From Tubiluchus corallicola (Eukaryota > Animalia > Priapulida): DNA of 64,000 nucleotides. Positions 58,401 through 64,000 of this stretch are shown here, in pieces; within the stretch, counting starts at the first letter, position 1; each line of letters begins with the position of its first letter. The DNA lies in assembly GCA_030141605.1 (NCBI GenBank), contig JAQGDQ010002387.1:124001-188000 (forward strand), in the 5' to 3' direction. Both the position numbers and the translations under genes were made by a program. The notes under the pieces are model-generated. The model had not been told where the DNA came from and ran no database searches. It saw nothing but the letters and a program-made list of their open reading frames with translations.

Positions 58401-61400
58401 GTAAGAACGTCTTCTTTCTTGAGATAAACTGATTCAAATTAGATTTGCTACTGTTGTTGGTCTGCTTACAGTTAAATTCACTCATAATGCCCTATGCACA
58501 CCATTACGTAACATGGAACACAGTTTTAAATAATTAAGAAATCAAGCTAGAATAATGTGTGGGACATTCAGAATTTTTTTCTGATTAAATGCATTGGCAT
58601 TACATTACTCACAGAATTAGGCTTAGAAGACTATAGAGGCATGCTTATCCAGGCCTGGCTTAGTTTTATCCATCAGTTGGAACTTTATTAGTTGATAAAG
58701 TTTGACCTGCATCAAGTATTATTTGCATTTTACCGTTTACTTACTGAACTGCAGCAAAAAAATTGGTTAAACTTGCATATCAACAGCTGGGATTGAAGTG
58801 ATAGTGACAGTTGATAATTTTCTGGTGGTTGGATGACTTGTGAAATTTGAAGTTTGACAATCAAACTAAAATCGTGTGCTTGTGCCATCTCTAACAACTC
58901 TTGCAGTTGTGGATTAGCCTCTTATCAGCGTCAGCTAAGGATGCTTGGTGATTGCTCATTCGATGGTTTGGTTAGCTATATCAGTCCTATATACATATAT
59001 AAAGTAAACCTAGTTTTAATCAGAATACGTTTCATTGTATATTACTTACATATTATTTTTAGTAATATTATAAATTTGTTAATTGGCTTTAGTAGGCGAC
59101 TAGTATTTTCATAATTTGTATTGTTTAGCAGATCTATAACATAGTTGTTTCTGTCTTAGAAGTTGTGAGTTCAATAAAAATGTCATCTGTCATTATCCTA
59201 CTGGTGTGTGACATTAAAGATAAAATTGGAGTAATAATAATCACTGTCATGTAGTTGTAATTCCTTATTTACACTCAACGGTTACAAGTAATGTCATATT
59301 TTTCTAGTATGCTTTCGCAATGGAATGAACTTAACGAATTTTTTTTATAAAAGATAGCCTACGAAAATGAAGTAAGTTTAAAAAAATTTTAATCAAACCT
59401 TTGTAGCACATTTTATAGTATTTAAAACATGTGTACTTATTGTCTGATTAGGTAGAATTTGTAAAATTATGCTAATTTAGTTACTCATACGAGAATAACT
59501 GCTTTCCAGTTAGATGATTTGTACTGTAAATAATTTTCGACCCAAAGTTATCAAGGTTTAAATAAGCCGTTTTACAGTTCCATGATGATGATTGATGATG
59601 ATTGTGAAAACGTCAAAGGTTAAGCATACCAGACAAAGCATTTGTGTATACTTTACAACACCTCGCAGCCTAAGCTAATGTAATAAGTACTAAGAGTTTT
59701 AACAGATAGCTAGATCCGTACCTAGTTCATTTTTTGTAATGTATAATTAAGCAAAGTCCATGTAAAATAACTGAAGTTACTGAACTGATGCAGCAGAGCT
59801 TTGCTTTACCCACAGGTCATGTGACCATTATAATTAAGACGCGTTGCTGTGGTACACTTAACTTTTGACCTGCAGTAACTGTGTGTGCACACAACGTAGC
59901 TGTGAAAAGGCTTATTAATAAAGCACACTTTTCAAAATTGTCAACTGTGTCATTTTTTGCATCAATTTTCAAACTATATTATTTAACTGTTTAAGTGGAT
60001 GCAAATTAATGCTTGTTTTGAGCATGTAGGTTGGATGTTTCTATATTTGAGCTAAAAGATTTGGGTGGAACGTTAATAAAATAAAACACTCAAGTTAGCA
60101 AATTTGTAGGTATTTTTGAATACATATATTAAGCATACAAACCGATGAAGGTTAGTAGATTATTTTACTGTTTACTGAGGGAAGTGCTGAAGTGTCTGTA
60201 GATTTATATTGTATTTGCTTTAGATTTTCGCTTAAAGGCCTTTTCTTTTGTTTTTACTAAGATACAGTAAAACATGAGCATTTGTATAATGTTGCATTGT
60301 TATTGACCTGTTGTTTGCTTTCTATGCCAGCAGCTTTGCTTTCTATAAATTTTAATAATGGTCTGGCCATAAAGTTATTCCTGGGTAGCTGTAGTTTATT
60401 TGATAAGATTTGAGTCTTGTTACTGAAACTTTGTTGTAAGATTGTTGTATGAGACAAATAAATTCCGTTCCGTTCAAGTTCAGTTCTGCCCTTTGGTTTC
60501 GGTATTGTTTATTTTACTTTCAGTTTCTTGCATAAACGCATGTAATATAAAATTGCCGGCCAACTTTTGAATTATTATGTTGTTTTTCTTCACATGGTAA
60601 AAACACCATTTTCACCAATAGATTGTCATGTATTAGTAGAAATGTAGTTGTAATCAAATTCATTCTCTGCACCTGGGTTACATATGCATCCATTTTAAAA
60701 TGCTGACCCCTCTATGGGTTTAGTTGTGTCACTCGTCTAGCCGTCCTCTTGTATTCAGACAGTGTTACAAGCATCTAGGTTGCACAGCGATCAGATTTGC
60801 AAAAGATTTGGTAATCGTTCAACCGCCTGCACCTACCTACCTTTGTGAGTGCTTGGTTCTGCGCATTAGCTACCAATACCTGTATTTTAATCTATACCTT
60901 ATCGTAGCGCTTATCTTAGCTGTTTACATTGACCTGTTTTCGGTGTTCACAGTAGCATTTGCTCTCGGAGGCTAGTCAGTTGACATCACATCCTGCGATA
61001 CCGGATGGGAGCTTTCTTCCTTACTTTCCAGTAAATTAACAGAGTTAAAAGTGGTTTGTGCGGTTTAGCAATTGACGCGTGAGTCTGTTTAATAGATTTC
61101 TAACTTTGCATTGGAGATGACCAAGTTCTGAAAGCGGAACCAAGTAAAAAATGTGCCTCAGGCAAACGGGTTAATTGCAATGTGTACATAATATCCCAGT
61201 GTAAGCAAGTTATGCCTCACAGATCAGGTCACATGTGTATGAGTTTAAGCTCTCAATGTACACGTCAATGCGCTGACGATTAAACTCTTCTCGTTGTTGG
61301 GATTGTCTTGCATAATTGTTGTTTATGAAGTAAAGATCATGACATTTTGGTAAAAATTGTGGTTATTTTCAATTGGGTGTGTTCCGTGTTTCGCAGCGGA

Positions 61401-61879
61401 CTTTAGACTGCACACGTATTCGTGTCTGCAAGTGAAAACACACACAGTGCTCTGTACTTGAGACCAAGCTGTTTCGTTTACCTGTTCTTATATAGCAAGT
61501 CATATTGCCTGAACGCTATTTGATGTATTCTTCACTAATCCGCAACATTACCATAAATACGTAACGATCAATAAATCAACTGCTTTATCAGGGTGTAACA
61601 TAGACCTTGTATGTGTTTGCCTGGCATTAAATACCCACATGATTTTAAACAACGCAGTGTGGTTTATTTATTCTTTAATGTAGCTTGATCATTGCCTAGC
61701 TAGAACAAAAGAATTCAGTGTGTTGGTTATCCTCGTACTACAGCAGTGCATTTGGATTGTATAAAGTGTATAAAGGTACATTGTGTAAAGTTGGCTGTAA
61801 CTTCATAGGAATTTGCAACGAATATGGAAACTGTGATGGTTTGCCGTTGTTATACGATTTTGACCTAGGGACAACAAAA

Positions 61880-64000
61880 ATGTCTGGATTTTTTTCTAAA
61901 ATTTTCTCAAAAAGACATTCATCTTCTGACGTGGACGAAGAGACAACAGAAAAGGTAGAATCACCCAGAAAAGGAGAGAAACCAAAGCGAACTAAATCTG
62001 AGAAGAAAAGTAAGAAGAAGGGGGGAAGCTTCTTGGTTGAAGAAGTGAGTAGTACTAGAGAAGAATTAACAGAAGATGCAAAAGAACATCTGGAGGCAAG
62101 TAATGACCCAACAGAAAACTTTGGCAGTAGACATGCAGGCAAAGATTCTAAGCCAGATGATACAGTATGCATTCAAGACATTGATATAAATATTGTTGAA
62201 AACACAGATGATTTGGATGCAAATGAAAGCAGCATTGGCTTTGAATGGGGTGAAGAAGAGGAAAGTTTACTTGAAGAAGGTGATGATGTAGAAGTAGCTG
62301 GGTCTTCCATTTTGTCCAATGAGGAATTATTTCTTGAAAAGGAAGGCAAAAAGGAAACTGATTCCGGAAAAACAGATCTACAGAAAGATGATCCGGGTGT
62401 TCTTATAAAAGATGAAGTCAAAGGAAGCAGTTTCTTGGAAGGTGTTTTAATTGCCCTAGAGCAAGATAAGCAAGTGATAAATATTCACGAAGAACAGGAA
62501 TGTTTGTTAAAGACTGCACAAACAATGAGTGTACAGAAAGATCATTTTATGGAAATAAAGCAAAGTGATGAACATGTTTTGAGTGATGACACAGCAATAT
62601 ATTTACTGCAAGATAAGCAGATTTCTCTTGAATTTCAGCCAGTGAATTCTTTTCCAGAAGTTGTTAAAATGGAAAATCAAAATTCAGTTTCCGAAGTTAC
62701 TGATAACAGAGAGGACAATGAATCATTTGAAGGGGATGCTAGTCATTTGGAAGAAAAAGCTATACAGCACATCAGGGTTAATGACATAACTGATGTAAGA
62801 GCCAAAATCCAAGAGGAAGTAAAAAGTAGTACTATCATTGACTCGAATTTTATTTCGCAATCATTCATCGATCAGAGTGGTGATGACATTAAGAAAGATC
62901 TGTTTATTGAAAACAATGTTTATGTTGAGCCTGTTGGTAGCTGCGATGAGGAAAATGGTAAACTAGAAAATTCACCAGACAGAGCTTTTACTTCAAAAAA
63001 TACGAGCGAGCATGCAGATACTAAGGAGGAACTTTGTATAAAAAAAGAAACTGCAGTAGAAAGTGGAATAGTGAATACTGATGATTCTGGAAAAGTTGAC
63101 CTAAGTCCTGTTGATAGTGATAATAAAATTGGTGTATTTGGCACTCCCGGCATCCTTCATTCGAGTGGTATTTCTTTTGGTGAAAATGACAGATCAAAAC
63201 TACCAGCTGAGGTTAACCTTGAAGACATTTCAATCCTAAAAAGTGAAAATCACCTTTCTAATGATGATACTCAACAAGAACATTCCAGTCAAATCTCTGG
63301 CTCTAGTTTAGTTCTTGAATGCTCGATTCAAGGTGCAAACAAAACAGGAGGCAATTCACAACATTCCAGTCAAGACATAGATGTGAGCTCAAGTCAAGAA
63401 CACTTCCCTCGGGAAATAGACAGTACCTCACGCCAAGAACATTCCTTTCAAAAAAACAATATTAACTCGAATTCAGAATCTTTTACAAAAGAAGTAGTCA
63501 GCAGTGAAGACAATTCAGAATGTTTTACTAATGAAGCAGACTATAGCTTAAGTTTTGCAAGCAAAGTCAACATAAGTGCTGGGAAAGTAAAAATTGCAAT
63601 TAACAATGGTAATAATTATCCTCAAGAAATTCTGCTCGATAATCAAGATGAGAAGAAACACGTTTGTGTAACGTCATTTGTGTCTGATAAACTTCTTTAC
63701 CCTGATGGTCAACCTTGTGATGACAATACTGGTAAAACAATAGAAAAGAATGAGTTACCAGGAGGAAGCAATGAAACTGCAGATATGAAACTAAATATAG
63801 TACATGCCAGTCTTGGTACAGGTCCTTGGGCTGCTGTCATTGAAAGTGATGACAGAAACCTTGTGTGCAGCAACACCATTAAGCAAACAGGAGTAGTGGA
63901 AAATTCATCAATAACTATTGTAGAACAAGACGTAGGAAAAAGAAATGATGCTGTCTTAAAAGGAAATGAAGAAAAAGGTAGCAGCTTTGGTGATGAAGTG
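61880..64000 (+). CDS. Large acidic, probably disordered coding exon (at least 707 aa, open to window end); possible alternative first exon of LRRFIP or a nested gene
   Basis: ATG in aaaaATG context; I read all 707 codons to 64000 without a stop (MSGFFSKIFSKRHSSSDVDEETTEK...SSFGDEV). In-frame upstream stop TAG at 61697-61699. E/D/S/K rich with no recognisable domain. Absent from the ORF track, presumably because it has no stop in the window. Confidence 0.8.
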   Translation, partial: MSGFFSKIFSKRHSSSDVDEETTEKVESPRKGEKPKRTKSEKKSKKKGGSFLVEEVSSTREELTEDAKEHLEASNDPTENFGSRHAGKDSKPDDTVCIQDIDINIVENTDDLDANESSIGFEWGEEEESLLEEGDDVEVAGSSILSNEELFLEKEGKKETDSGKTDLQKDDPGVLIKDEVKGSSFLEGVLIALEQDKQVINIHEEQECLLKTAQTMSVQKDHFMEIKQSDEHVLSDDTAIYLLQDKQISLEFQPVNSFPEVVKMENQNSVSEVTDNREDNESFEGDASHLEEKAIQHIRVNDITDVRAKIQEEVKSSTIIDSNFISQSFIDQSGDDIKKDLFIENNVYVEPVGSCDEENGKLENSPDRAFTSKNTSEHADTKEELCIKKETAVESGIVNTDDSGKVDLSPVDSDNKIGVFGTPGILHSSGISFGENDRSKLPAEVNLEDISILKSENHLSNDDTQQEHSSQISGSSLVLECSIQGANKTGGNSQHSSQDIDVSSSQEHFPREIDSTSRQEHSFQKNNINSNSESFTKEVVSSEDNSECFTNEADYSLSFASKVNISAGKVKIAINNGNNYPQEILLDNQDEKKHVCVTSFVSDKLLYPDGQPCDDNTGKTIEKNELPGGSNETADMKLNIVHASLGTGPWAAVIESDDRNLVCSNTIKQTGVVENSSITIVEQDVGKRNDAVLKGNEEKGSSFGDEV

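Noticed and set aside
61738-63153. Minus-strand Ser/Phe/Leu-rich ORFs 61738-62172, 62173-62421, 62920-63153
   Set aside because: Antisense shadows of the Glu/Lys-rich plus-strand ORF starting at 61880.

Overview
AT-rich animal (invertebrate-type) genomic DNA with spliceosomal introns; the species cannot be identified from the sequence. Host genes: a complete 8-exon RAB23 (+, 19146-26614, one GC-AG intron), a complete 6-exon UBE2W (-, 50737-31983), the first coding exon of an LRRFIP1/2 orthologue (+, 58296-58400), and an acidic ORF of at least 707 codons that runs off the window end (61880-64000). No coding gene could be supported in 1-19000. The ~15.9 kb first intron of UBE2W is a transposon cluster. 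Its centrepiece is a young, full-length BEL/Pao LTR retrotransposon (40291-47291; 286-bp LTRs differing at 3 sites; CTAGG target-site duplication). Its gag carries an N-terminal SAP domain and an intronless glycogenin (GT8 glucosyltransferase) catalytic domain that lacks the self-glucosylated tyrosine loop. I am not aware of a described glycogenin-Gag fusion, and this is the main candidate novel system. All homology calls are by eye and from memory of the families; no searches were run.
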